This document shows, in pieces, positions 10,836 to 19,740 of a DNA stretch of 64,000 nt (positions within the stretch are counted from its first letter, which is position 1; every line of letters begins with the position of its first letter). The translations under genes were made by a program, and so were the position numbers. The notes under the pieces were generated by a model, which worked only from the letters and a program-made list of their open reading frames with translations, had not been told where the DNA came from and did not search any database. Origin of the DNA: a virus (lineage: Duplodnaviria > Caudoviricetes); the IMG/VR virus record IMGVR_UViG_3300037067_008333, positions 23,925-87,924 of that record, one strand, 5' to 3'.

Positions 10836-11873
10836 ATGGATAATATTGATTTACATGATTACGAAATAGAAGATAACGATCCCTATACATCTGATTTTTT
10901 AAATCAGGTTGTTAGTGATTTTAGTAACAACATAGTTTCTTTATATGTTGATTATAAGGCCTTAGTAAAAAGATACACGGATTTTGTAACTAATATGAAT
11001 ACGGGATTAGATTGGTTAACTAGTCAAGTTAGTGTAATGTCGTCTGGAACGTATACCGTTTCCGGATATTCTGATCCGGTGGATTTGGATAATATTCATG
11101 TAGATAAATTATTCGGTGAAATATACCTGCAAGATTTTAATGTTGAATCTAAAATTGGAAGGTATACTAATAATTATGGTATAGTTACAGCTTATAACTC
11201 TAACAGTGTTTATTATTATAACACCGATACCTCTACATGGGTTGAAGATTCTGACATGCTAAAATTTATAAATAACAAAGATGATATATGGTCAAAAACA
11301 CATTCTAGTGATGAGTTATATATAGATATTATAACTTCAACTGTTTCAGATTATAAGGCTAATATAATCGAATTGTTTCCATTTGCCGGTACTTTAATTA
11401 AAACTATTGAATATAAAACATCTTCAGGAACATACGAAGAAATAGAAGTTAATTCTAAGTTACCTGTTAAAATATTGGGTGATTTTTCGTATAGTAGTGA
11501 ATTTCGTGTTAAATTAGGTGGAGTTAGCTCTGGTGATGGCCAGTATTATTATTCTCTTAGGTATGTTGATATATATCGCGCGGATTTTATGGATAGTGGG
11601 ACAGTTACATATGATATTGGATCATACGATACTATAAATAGTATAACTTTAAATGATGATTATGCTGAAGATGATATAAAATTACTTAAACCTATTCGTA
11701 TTGAGATCTTATCTGATGATGAGAGTTATACATATTATGATTCTAACGTAGATCCATTTCCTATACAGAGTGCTATATCCATTGAGGTCGAACCTGTTAA
11801 TTTGAGGTTACGTCTTACGTTATATAAGAAGGAGGGTGTTACGCCTGTAGTAAAATTTATAGATATAGAGTAA
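10836..11873 (+). CDS. Hypothetical structural protein
   Basis: 345-aa ORF, RBS AAGGTG. Confidence 0.5.
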   Translation: MDNIDLHDYEIEDNDPYTSDFLNQVVSDFSNNIVSLYVDYKALVKRYTDFVTNMNTGLDWLTSQVSVMSSGTYTVSGYSDPVDLDNIHVDKLFGEIYLQDFNVESKIGRYTNNYGIVTAYNSNSVYYYNTDTSTWVEDSDMLKFINNKDDIWSKTHSSDELYIDIITSTVSDYKANIIELFPFAGTLIKTIEYKTSSGTYEEIEVNSKLPVKILGDFSYSSEFRVKLGGVSSGDGQYYYSLRYVDIYRADFMDSGTVTYDIGSYDTINSITLNDDYAEDDIKLLKPIRIEILSDDESYTYYDSNVDPFPIQSAISIEVEPVNLRLRLTLYKKEGVTPVVKFIDIE

Positions 11874-11875
11874 TT

Positions 11876-12130
11876 ATGAATAATGAAAAAATAGAAACAA
11901 GTGAATATATTACGCGAGAAGAATTCGAACAATTTAAGAAGTTATACTATCAACAATTCAATAGTATTGGTTCGCAGATTATAGCACTAAAAGAACAAAT
12001 GGTGACTATTTCGCCAAAGACTCCTATAACTCCTGTTGCCAGGGAAATTTTAGTTAGAAATTTTGATCGTATGTACCGTGATGTAGAATTCTTGAAGCAA
12101 CAATTTAATAAATTTGGAGTTAAAAAATAA
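11876..12130 (+). CDS. Small helical hypothetical protein
   Basis: 84-aa ORF in operon. Confidence 0.45.
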   Translation: MNNEKIETSEYITREEFEQFKKLYYQQFNSIGSQIIALKEQMVTISPKTPITPVAREILVRNFDRMYRDVEFLKQQFNKFGVKK

Positions 12131-13011
12131 TGGGTGTTGATAATAAAACATTTGTTGAATTTAAACATAGTGTTGATGAGCAAATCCAGGCTATAAATTC
12201 TCAGATACAAATTTTAAGAGCTGAGAATGATGCTGAAATTGATCAACTTTCATTTGTAGCTTTTAAAAATGATATTTTAAATCGTATAAATGCCATCAAT
12301 AGGCAAATTCAACGTATACAGATAACAAATTCATCAGAATCTCCGGATGTGTCCTATCTACGTTCAGAATTCAATAATAAAATAAATGCTATTAATAGAC
12401 AGATTCAGCAAATGCAAACATCTATAAATACACCTGCGGATTTAATAGAAGAATTTCAAGATATGCTTAATACAGAGGCCAACGCTGGTAAAATAAAGGG
12501 GTATGTTATAAATTTGTCAAACTTAAAGCATAGGGTTGTGTTGGTTTATAATAATATAACTAGGCAATTTGAGTGTGAAGTTATGAGGACCCCAAAACAT
12601 ATAGAAGAACACATAGTGAATCCTCCGATAAATTTAGATAATATAGGTATAGCTTATAGTGGATCTACTGATGATGGTATTTTCAATGAGATATTTATAG
12701 ATGAAACTGATAGATATGATATAAATGAAAATCAGACTGTTGGTTTTATATATACTGTGGTTGCCAGGGAAGTGGGTGGGAATGGAGATAATGCCTTTTT
12801 TAAGATAGAAGGTGCTATACAACGTAATACTGGTGAAAATGTTGAATTGATTGGAACTCCAACAATTACAATAATTACGCGTAGTAATAAGGTTTCGTGG
12901 TATGTAAATGCATCCGCGGATACTGTTAACAATGCATTGATATTGAGAGTTAAAGGTGAATCGGGTAAAGATATAAATTGGAATGGTGTATTAAATACGG
13001 TGGTAATATGA
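12130..13011 (+). CDS. Hypothetical protein with N-terminal coiled-coil repeats and C-terminal beta domain
   Basis: Repeated motif N.INAINRQIQ (twice exact INAINRQIQ, plus IQAINSQIQ). Confidence 0.5.
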   Translation: MGVDNKTFVEFKHSVDEQIQAINSQIQILRAENDAEIDQLSFVAFKNDILNRINAINRQIQRIQITNSSESPDVSYLRSEFNNKINAINRQIQQMQTSINTPADLIEEFQDMLNTEANAGKIKGYVINLSNLKHRVVLVYNNITRQFECEVMRTPKHIEEHIVNPPINLDNIGIAYSGSTDDGIFNEIFIDETDRYDINENQTVGFIYTVVAREVGGNGDNAFFKIEGAIQRNTGENVELIGTPTITIITRSNKVSWYVNASADTVNNALILRVKGESGKDINWNGVLNTVVI

Positions 13012-14624
13012 AAAAATTATTACTTATATTATTTGGATTATTTTATTTTAATTTAGTATTGCAGGCTGTTGGTATAGAATATAATGAAGATTCTTTAGAT
13101 ATAGATGGGCTTATAAAGACTACCAGTGGATACGTATGTCCAGATGGAACTATTTTAACTTCTACTAATACATTAGGTTGTGGTGCTACAACTTACGTAC
13201 GTAAAGAAGGCGATACAATGCCGGGACCTTTGAGTATAACATATGCAGTTGAAAGTTCATCTGGAATAACTGATATATTACCTATTTCCGATTATTATAG
13301 AGGTTGGAATTACCCATCTTTATCAACTCATTATGATAGTCTCATTGATGGTTTGGATACTACATACATACAAACTGAATCAGAACCATATAGTTCTCCA
13401 TTGGAGAACTATCTAGATATGTTTGATATAAATATTAGTAGTATATCCGATGATAGTTGTATCACATCAATAACCGTTTATGCTAGATGTTTATTTAATG
13501 CACCTGTGAATAATCCTACCGCTGATTTTAAGGTTGCTGTTCTTACTGATGGTGTAACATATTATGGAGATGTTGTGCACTTTACCCAATCTTCTGAGTG
13601 GGGGTGGGTTTCTCATACATTTGAGTATAATCCATATACAGAACAAGCCTGGTCAGTATCCGATCTTTCTGATTTAAAAATAGGAATAAATGTTTGTCCT
13701 AGTGTAACGTGGATTTCATGTAGATGTTCTGAAATATATCTGCAGATATATTATAAAGAAGTTTCTCCGGCACTTAATGTATCTGGCATGATTAGTTCCA
13801 ATTTAGGATATATTTTCCCAGATGGTTCTATTTTAATTTCTGGAATATTCAATACAGATGTTACTAAAAATTATAATTGGACCGGACAACATAATTTTTC
13901 AAGATCATTATATGTTTCTGATCTTATTCATAGTACATCTGGATACGTATGTCCAGATGGAACTATTTTAACTTCAACGACAACATTGGGTGGATCTTTA
14001 CCTGATAATATAGTAGTAACGACAATAACTACTCCTTCTGTTTCTAGTTCTACTATACTATATCCATCTGCTAATGGTGATGAAATTACATGGGATGATG
14101 TAGGTGAAATATCAAACTGGGTAGATGTAAATGGGGGTGGAGTGGGAATAATGTATGGTGGATGGTATAGAGATTTGTATGAAATTGACGATACAATATT
14201 GATTAATATATCATCAATAACAATAACTCTATCATATGCTGTTGGTTCTGGGAATATAGCGTTTTCTTTAAAGTCTGGAAACTACGTTATTGATATTGAT
14301 ACACAAGCATGTATAGATGATTTAGGTGAACATTCAATATCTACTACTCTTGAAACAAGTCCGTTTACTGGTAACATATGGACTCCATCAGAGATAAATT
14401 CTTTACAAGCCGGTATGAAGGCAAGTGCTGGTGGTACACCGATAATTGTAATTGGGTATAATATAAGAATATCAGGTAGTAGAGCTGGAAATTTGAATGT
14501 TAGTGGTGGATTGAATGTTAGTGGTCCAATATCAGGAGAATTTATTTTATATGATGTTTATTATCCTACATCATCATATAAATTAATAGTTGCATCTGGA
14601 ACATTAGAACTTATTCCACGTTAG
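13008..14624 (+). CDS. Tail/receptor-binding-like protein with signal-peptide-like N-terminus and internal duplication
   Basis: Likely start is ATG 13008 (ATGA overlap): MKKLLLILFGLFYFNLVLQA. Contains two GYVCPDGTILTST and two P.T...W......L..G modules. Confidence 0.5.
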   Translation: MKKLLLILFGLFYFNLVLQAVGIEYNEDSLDIDGLIKTTSGYVCPDGTILTSTNTLGCGATTYVRKEGDTMPGPLSITYAVESSSGITDILPISDYYRGWNYPSLSTHYDSLIDGLDTTYIQTESEPYSSPLENYLDMFDINISSISDDSCITSITVYARCLFNAPVNNPTADFKVAVLTDGVTYYGDVVHFTQSSEWGWVSHTFEYNPYTEQAWSVSDLSDLKIGINVCPSVTWISCRCSEIYLQIYYKEVSPALNVSGMISSNLGYIFPDGSILISGIFNTDVTKNYNWTGQHNFSRSLYVSDLIHSTSGYVCPDGTILTSTTTLGGSLPDNIVVTTITTPSVSSSTILYPSANGDEITWDDVGEISNWVDVNGGGVGIMYGGWYRDLYEIDDTILINISSITITLSYAVGSGNIAFSLKSGNYVIDIDTQACIDDLGEHSISTTLETSPFTGNIWTPSEINSLQAGMKASAGGTPIIVIGYNIRISGSRAGNLNVSGGLNVSGPISGEFILYDVYYPTSSYKLIVASGTLELIPR

Positions 14625-14635
14625 TTTTATAATAT

Positions 14636-14673
14636 AAAAATAAGGGGCCAAGAATATACCTGGCCCCTTATTT
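14636..14673. terminator. Bidirectional intrinsic terminator between convergent gene blocks
   Basis: Stem taaggggcca (14641-14650), 10-nt loop, tggcccctta (14661-14670), flanked by A-tract and T-tract. Confidence 0.85.
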
Positions 14674-14689
14674 AATTATATCAGTTTAT

Positions 14690-14959
14690 TTATATTACTC
14701 TTATATCATTTTGTCCGGATGGCAAAGGTTTATTTGATTCTTGTAACTTTCTTTCTATAATCTTCGCACATTTATCAGAAAATGAAATTTCATTTTCTAT
14801 CTTGTTTATTCTTTTTCTATGTTCTTCTGCAGCTGCCGGCTCCGTAATCATTATAAGTTGGCCTTCCATTACCTCCTTTACAGTTTCCTGTAGAATCACG
14901 TTGCTTTGCAGCTTGTGCATCTCTGTTTCCAGGTTTTTACGTACATCTTCGTGCATCAT
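14690..14959 (-). CDS. Small helical hypothetical protein
   Basis: 89-aa ORF, operon packing. Confidence 0.5.
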   Translation of the reverse strand: MMHEDVRKNLETEMHKLQSNVILQETVKEVMEGQLIMITEPAAAEEHRKRINKIENEISFSDKCAKIIERKLQESNKPLPSGQNDIRVI

Positions 14960-15183
14960 TGTTTTTCCTCCATTTTGATGAGTTTTGCCTTAACTGCAGC
15001 TATAGTAAGCTTGTTAAGGTCAATTTGTGATTGCGTCCATTTCTTCTGATTGGCCACTTGTTCTGCCATAGTTCCATTGATTGGCATTTGATTCAAAACT
15101 TCGAGCTGGGCTTCTAAGATGAAACTTGTAGCTTCAAGTTGGTCACATTCATCTTCTACTAATTGTTTAATTTTACTGTTCAC
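14956..15183 (-). CDS. Small helical hypothetical protein
   Basis: 75-aa ORF (GTG start), RBS GGAGG. Confidence 0.5.
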   Translation of the reverse strand: MNSKIKQLVEDECDQLEATSFILEAQLEVLNQMPINGTMAEQVANQKKWTQSQIDLNKLTIAAVKAKLIKMEEKQ

Positions 15184-15196
15184 TTGGTTCCTCCTT

Positions 15197-15430
15197 TCAT
15201 TTATTTTGGCTTTCCTCTTGTTTATATCCCATTATTTGCATAGTTGTAATTAGGCACATTAGCGCCATGGCTTCATTGTGTGTAATTTCAAGAATGGTAC
15301 CACCAAGAACTATGTCATAACCTTCACCATTTTCCCATTCTGTTATGATACCTTGGCTCTGGCCCTCTCCTGGCCAGTTGTCGTAAGTAATAATGGAATG
15401 TTTTATTTCTCGGTCTTGTTTAACTTTCAT
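15197..15430 (-). CDS. Hypothetical protein
   Basis: 77-aa ORF, RBS AGGAG. Confidence 0.5.
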   Translation of the reverse strand: MKVKQDREIKHSIITYDNWPGEGQSQGIITEWENGEGYDIVLGGTILEITHNEAMALMCLITTMQIMGYKQEESQNK

Positions 15431-15439
15431 GGTATCTCC

Positions 15440-16300
15440 TTATAAGTAGGTATCTTCGCGGCATCGGTCAAGCCAGTTGCAATAAGAACATTCCTGATCT
15501 TGTCCGTAACCTACGGTTGAAAATTGCTCAAACTTTGATTTTGATATTTTCTTATTTTTATAAAGTTCTTTTAATTCATCAGTATTATAAAAGTTATGGT
15601 AATCGCACGGAGGAAGTGTATTGATGGTAATGTATTTATCGAGTTGAAGATACCGTTGATATATCGATTCAACATTAACAATATACATTACTTCACCATC
15701 TATAACTGGAAAACCTGATTGTAGCTTTATACGAAACTCATTTGTATCTCCCGATCCTCTGTCAATGTAGATGATATAACACTCATCGAATGGATATTCT
15801 GGATGATTTCGAAATCCATCTAGATAAAGTATAACTTGTAACAGGTTACCAAACCGTGGTGATCCCGGCTCTGTATTGCTTCCCCAAATTTGTTTCGAAA
15901 AGTAATATCCGCCTCCGGTTTTATATTCCATTCCTTTTGGAAGAAGATCCATTTGTCCGATACCATCTATTTTTCCACGGATCCTAATACCTTCGATTTT
16001 CTTTTCAAATGGTACTTGACGTGCTAAAAGTAGACCTGATTTCTGAGCTTGTTCTAGTTCAAAATCTTCTATAGAACAACCATATTTCATTTTTCGGATG
16101 CTTGCAGTTGATGGTGGATTTGTCATAACCGTTCTTTTTATATTATAGAAAGAGTTACGGAGACAGGTACCAACTACATTGCCATTGGCAAGAATAGCGT
16201 TTGCCTGGGAAGGCCAATAAACACCACGTTCCCGTGAAGGTTTATTTTGTTCATCCGAAATATAATTGTTATAAATGAATGTGTTGATATCGTTAATCAT
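15440..16300 (-). CDS. Cas4-like / PD-(D/E)XK exonuclease with probable 4Fe-4S cluster
   Basis: N-terminal Cys (GTCLR), IRGKIDG, EYKTG, Q...Y motif and C-terminal CSYC....RC. Confidence 0.75.
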   Translation of the reverse strand: MINDINTFIYNNYISDEQNKPSRERGVYWPSQANAILANGNVVGTCLRNSFYNIKRTVMTNPPSTASIRKMKYGCSIEDFELEQAQKSGLLLARQVPFEKKIEGIRIRGKIDGIGQMDLLPKGMEYKTGGGYYFSKQIWGSNTEPGSPRFGNLLQVILYLDGFRNHPEYPFDECYIIYIDRGSGDTNEFRIKLQSGFPVIDGEVMYIVNVESIYQRYLQLDKYITINTLPPCDYHNFYNTDELKELYKNKKISKSKFEQFSTVGYGQDQECSYCNWLDRCREDTYL

Positions 16301-16598
16301 GATGTATACAATTTTTATGGATATAACTACCAGATTGTTTGATCAATGGTCCCGTGGTTGAATTGCAAGTGCCGTTATTACATATGATGCAAACGATAGT
16401 GTTTCCATGACGTATACGTTTTTTTTCGATCATTTGTTCGAGTTTTCTTTCGGCCCATTGATGTGCTGATTCATCGCTATCAAATTCTTGTCCCGTTTCT
16501 TTTGCGCGGACAATGAGTTGTTGCAAGATAGTTTCAATTTTAATTGCACAATCAACTGATACATTTTCTTCCTGTGGTATTTTACTTTCTTCTTGCAT
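16293..16598 (-). CDS. Hypothetical protein with C-terminal Cys/His cluster
   Basis: 101 aa, CIIC ... HKNC. Confidence 0.5.
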   Translation of the reverse strand: MQEESKIPQEENVSVDCAIKIETILQQLIVRAKETGQEFDSDESAHQWAERKLEQMIEKKRIRHGNTIVCIICNNGTCNSTTGPLIKQSGSYIHKNCIHHD

Positions 16599-16609
16599 GA
16601 AATTTCTCC

Positions 16610-19129
16610 TTAGAAACTGAAATTTTTCAAGTTATTGGGTGGTTCTGCTTGAGCTATTTGTTGACAGTTTTTAAATAATGATGTTAGTTCTGGTTTGGGT
16701 CCTGGTCTTTTTACGAGATCCATTGGTGGTGGATCGTTGTAAAATCTATGTTGACCTTTAATGTTGTTATATTCTTCTTCGGATATTTCATAAAATTCAG
16801 AATGATCGGTACGGAATCTGAATCTTTGGATGCCCTTCCATCCGCTTTCTTTATTCTTTGCATACTGAAGTTCATTAATCGGCATATCCTTGTTATCATA
16901 ATCAGTACGTCCGACCCATACATCATCTGTACTGGGGTTTATATGTAATTCTTGATGCATAAGCCAAATGACATCACAATCATATTCAATGTCAATCGTG
17001 TCTTTGATGTCTTGAATTGTTGGACGATTGACAGATTGCATGAACTTACGCAGTTCAAGAACATTGAGTATGGGAATGTTATAGATAGTAGTGAGGTCTT
17101 TAATCCGTCCACTGATCGCTGTATATTTAGATCGTTCTGAAAGATCCGGAAAGTCACGGAGTTTATGAAAGTTATCTACAACGCAGAATAGTTTTTTATT
17201 CGGTAATCTTTGTTTGTAGTATTTAATACACTTCTCAAGTGCTACTGTCGTGCTACCATCTTCTATATCCCTTACAACAAGATTCTCGCTTAACGCATTG
17301 AATTGTCTCCATCCTTCTTTCCAGAGTTCCATCTTTCCAGGATTGTTCCATATGCGTTTGCGGGCTCTTCTTATGTCTGATATACTGAGGCCGGTGAGAA
17401 GTGAGAGATAACCCGGAATAACTTTTTGAAATGGATCGTCGATACTCATAACAATGACTAGAATATCTTCATTTTTCTTGGCCAGTTCCAATGTCAAGGA
17501 ACGCATGAAGGATGTTTTACCGATGTTTGAAATACCAGCGAGACCAATCATCGATGCTTTCTTTGGTATCCCTTCAAGGTTTCTTGAAAGTTCTTGGTAT
17601 TTACCGCAATTGAATCCTGGGTCCACATCAGCTGCTATTTCTTCTTTTAATTCTGTGATACGAATATGATAGCTTTCCATATCATTGCGGCTAAAATCTT
17701 CAGCATCTATTTTTTCATCAAGTTCATTCTTTCTGCGTGTGACACGCTGAGCAAGATCGGATAGATTTTTGGCGCGTTTGATATCCTTATCAATCTGTTC
17801 CTGGAGTTCTTTAAACTCCATGTGTTTCTGGAAATCCTGTTGGCTGGTTAGGTTTCTTACTTCGCGATCTATAATCTCAATTGGGAAATCAGTACGCGCA
17901 GAGAGAGCTGATACCATGTTTGATTGTTCTGCCGGTGATTTTTCCGTTGCGATATACTCAACCATTTCTTGAACGATCTTGGTTTTATCAGCATCGAATT
18001 TATACAGTGATAGTTTGTAGTTAAACGGTTTCAATAGTGGGAGTTTCAAAAAAGCATCAATACCGAATTTTCGTATGTAGTTATCAGGATCGTCATGTCC
18101 TTCCGGTATAACGCAGACACGTACATTGAAATTCTTATATTCGCAAAGAATCTCCAATGTATGATTCATGCCGGTGATGCCACCAGAATCATTGTCCAGG
18201 CAAAGAATAATGTCGTTGACGTTGTATTTTTTTAAGAGTTCAACGTGGCTGGCATCTTCATTGTCTGTGAAGTTGGTGCTTCCTATACCACACGCATTGA
18301 ATAGTTTTCCTTCATATGCGGTTACACTATCAGCATAACCTTCGAATATCCAAAGAGGTGGCGTGAAGGTTTTAGCCTGATAGAAGTTATAAAGGATATT
18401 TCCCTTTTGATAAATGAGGCTGGTGCGTGAATTGAGATATTTTGGTGCAGGTTTACCGTCAGAATATGTCTTTCCTTTAAACCACTTCATATCCCTGGCC
18501 GCGAAGCCGCACGGCCGGCCTTTATCATCACAAACTACAAAGATGAGATTATCTTTGTTGAGTATGTATCCGTTCATCAACTCGATTTGCATTAGGTAAT
18601 CTTTACGCCATCCCAATGCTTCCATCTTCGCAATAAAATCATCTTTGTTTTCAACACACCCGATCATTAATGTTTGAGCTATTTCTTTGTTCCATCCTCG
18701 TTCTTTCAGATATTGATAAATTAATGATTCAGGATTTTCCGGATAGGTGCAAAGTATGCTGGCAGCATCTTTGTATGCTCTATACATTTCGTATTTTTCT
18801 TTAAGATCTTCATTGATGTCATCTGGATTATAGGGAATATTGAATAACTTAGCAAGATGAGCTACATTCTTTGTCCAGAATTCCATACCATTGATAGGAA
18901 GGCCTTCATAGAAATGTGCGAGATGGAAGATATTACCACTGGCATTGCATCCAAAACAATGCCAGGTTTCAGTATTTCTTGGGTTAACATGACATGACGG
19001 AATACCATCTTCATGTTTTCCAGTAGGACATTTGAAGAATTCATTTGATTTTAAATCAAGTTTAAGGTGGTTGATAATATATTCAGACAGTTTACCTGAT
19101 AGTATATCTATAATTTCTTTGTTTTCCAC
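16610..19129 (-). CDS. Fused DnaG-type primase and DnaB-type helicase
   Basis: CHC2 zinc finger (CPTGKH...WHCFGC), TOPRIM (FEGYAD, LDND..G, DPD), Walker A GISNIGKTS, VVDNFHKL, IEYDCDVI. GTG start with GGAGG RBS. Confidence 0.9.
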   Translation of the reverse strand: MENKEIIDILSGKLSEYIINHLKLDLKSNEFFKCPTGKHEDGIPSCHVNPRNTETWHCFGCNASGNIFHLAHFYEGLPINGMEFWTKNVAHLAKLFNIPYNPDDINEDLKEKYEMYRAYKDAASILCTYPENPESLIYQYLKERGWNKEIAQTLMIGCVENKDDFIAKMEALGWRKDYLMQIELMNGYILNKDNLIFVVCDDKGRPCGFAARDMKWFKGKTYSDGKPAPKYLNSRTSLIYQKGNILYNFYQAKTFTPPLWIFEGYADSVTAYEGKLFNACGIGSTNFTDNEDASHVELLKKYNVNDIILCLDNDSGGITGMNHTLEILCEYKNFNVRVCVIPEGHDDPDNYIRKFGIDAFLKLPLLKPFNYKLSLYKFDADKTKIVQEMVEYIATEKSPAEQSNMVSALSARTDFPIEIIDREVRNLTSQQDFQKHMEFKELQEQIDKDIKRAKNLSDLAQRVTRRKNELDEKIDAEDFSRNDMESYHIRITELKEEIAADVDPGFNCGKYQELSRNLEGIPKKASMIGLAGISNIGKTSFMRSLTLELAKKNEDILVIVMSIDDPFQKVIPGYLSLLTGLSISDIRRARKRIWNNPGKMELWKEGWRQFNALSENLVVRDIEDGSTTVALEKCIKYYKQRLPNKKLFCVVDNFHKLRDFPDLSERSKYTAISGRIKDLTTIYNIPILNVLELRKFMQSVNRPTIQDIKDTIDIEYDCDVIWLMHQELHINPSTDDVWVGRTDYDNKDMPINELQYAKNKESGWKGIQRFRFRTDHSEFYEISEEEYNNIKGQHRFYNDPPPMDLVKRPGPKPELTSLFKNCQQIAQAEPPNNLKNFSF

Positions 19130-19195
19130 TGAGCCTCCACCAATCGTATATAGGTGTGATGAGCGGTTAGTATTATTGAAAATGTGATTTATGAA

Positions 19196-19660
19196 TTATC
19201 GTCCACAAGCATTAACAAGCATGTATTTGATAAAATCATCAATGGTAGCCGGGGTCAGGATATTGAACTTGGTAATATTACCTTTACTCCATTTATTAAC
19301 CCATATATCAAAATCATCATTGTCGGTTATGTTCATGGTACTCTTTATGAGTTTCATATTATCAATTTGATCCTGACGCCAATCTAGAGGGTCTACGACT
19401 ATTTGTGTGGTTGGAATACTACCATCCGGTATATTTTCTTTATTTACCGGTTGTTCCGGAACCGGTGGTATTTCTATAGTGTGTTGTTGGGAAGGTATTG
19501 CTTCTTGCTTGAGTTTTAATTCGGCAACAAGAAGAGAAGACATTCTTAAGAACATGTTGCGAAATCCATCTGGTGTAATGATTATCCTGTCACCTTCACG
19601 CACAAACTCAATCTCAACTTTTACGTCACCGTAATACAATACATTACGTTCAACTTGCAT
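19196..19660 (-). CDS. Hypothetical protein, first gene after a consensus promoter
   Basis: 154 aa, RBS AGGAGG. Confidence 0.55.
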   Translation of the reverse strand: MQVERNVLYYGDVKVEIEFVREGDRIIITPDGFRNMFLRMSSLLVAELKLKQEAIPSQQHTIEIPPVPEQPVNKENIPDGSIPTTQIVVDPLDWRQDQIDNMKLIKSTMNITDNDDFDIWVNKWSKGNITKFNILTPATIDDFIKYMLVNACGR

Positions 19661-19693
19661 GAAGCCTCCTAAAATTATATATTATTGGTATAT

Positions 19694-19722
19694 ATTATAG
19701 AATTTTTTTTTATGTTTGTCAA
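19694..19722 (-). promoter_or_regulatory. Perfect-consensus sigma70/sigmaA promoter
   Basis: Minus strand TTGACA (19722-19717), 17-bp spacer, TATAAT (19699-19694). Confidence 0.9.
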
Positions 19723-19740
19723 TGTTTATTTTTTGATGTA

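Noticed and set aside
11876-13011. Tail-assembly-chaperone programmed frameshift pair
   Set aside because: The junction is an ordinary TAATG stop/start overlap, with no convincing slippery heptamer and no tape-measure gene following.
1-14624. Diversity-generating retroelement acting on tail genes
   Set aside because: No reverse transcriptase is present, and the repeats are not adenine-specific TR/VR pairs.
16610-19129. Intein in the primase-helicase or the SNF2 helicase
   Set aside because: No C/S...HN boundaries or Hint motifs were found, and domain lengths are normal.
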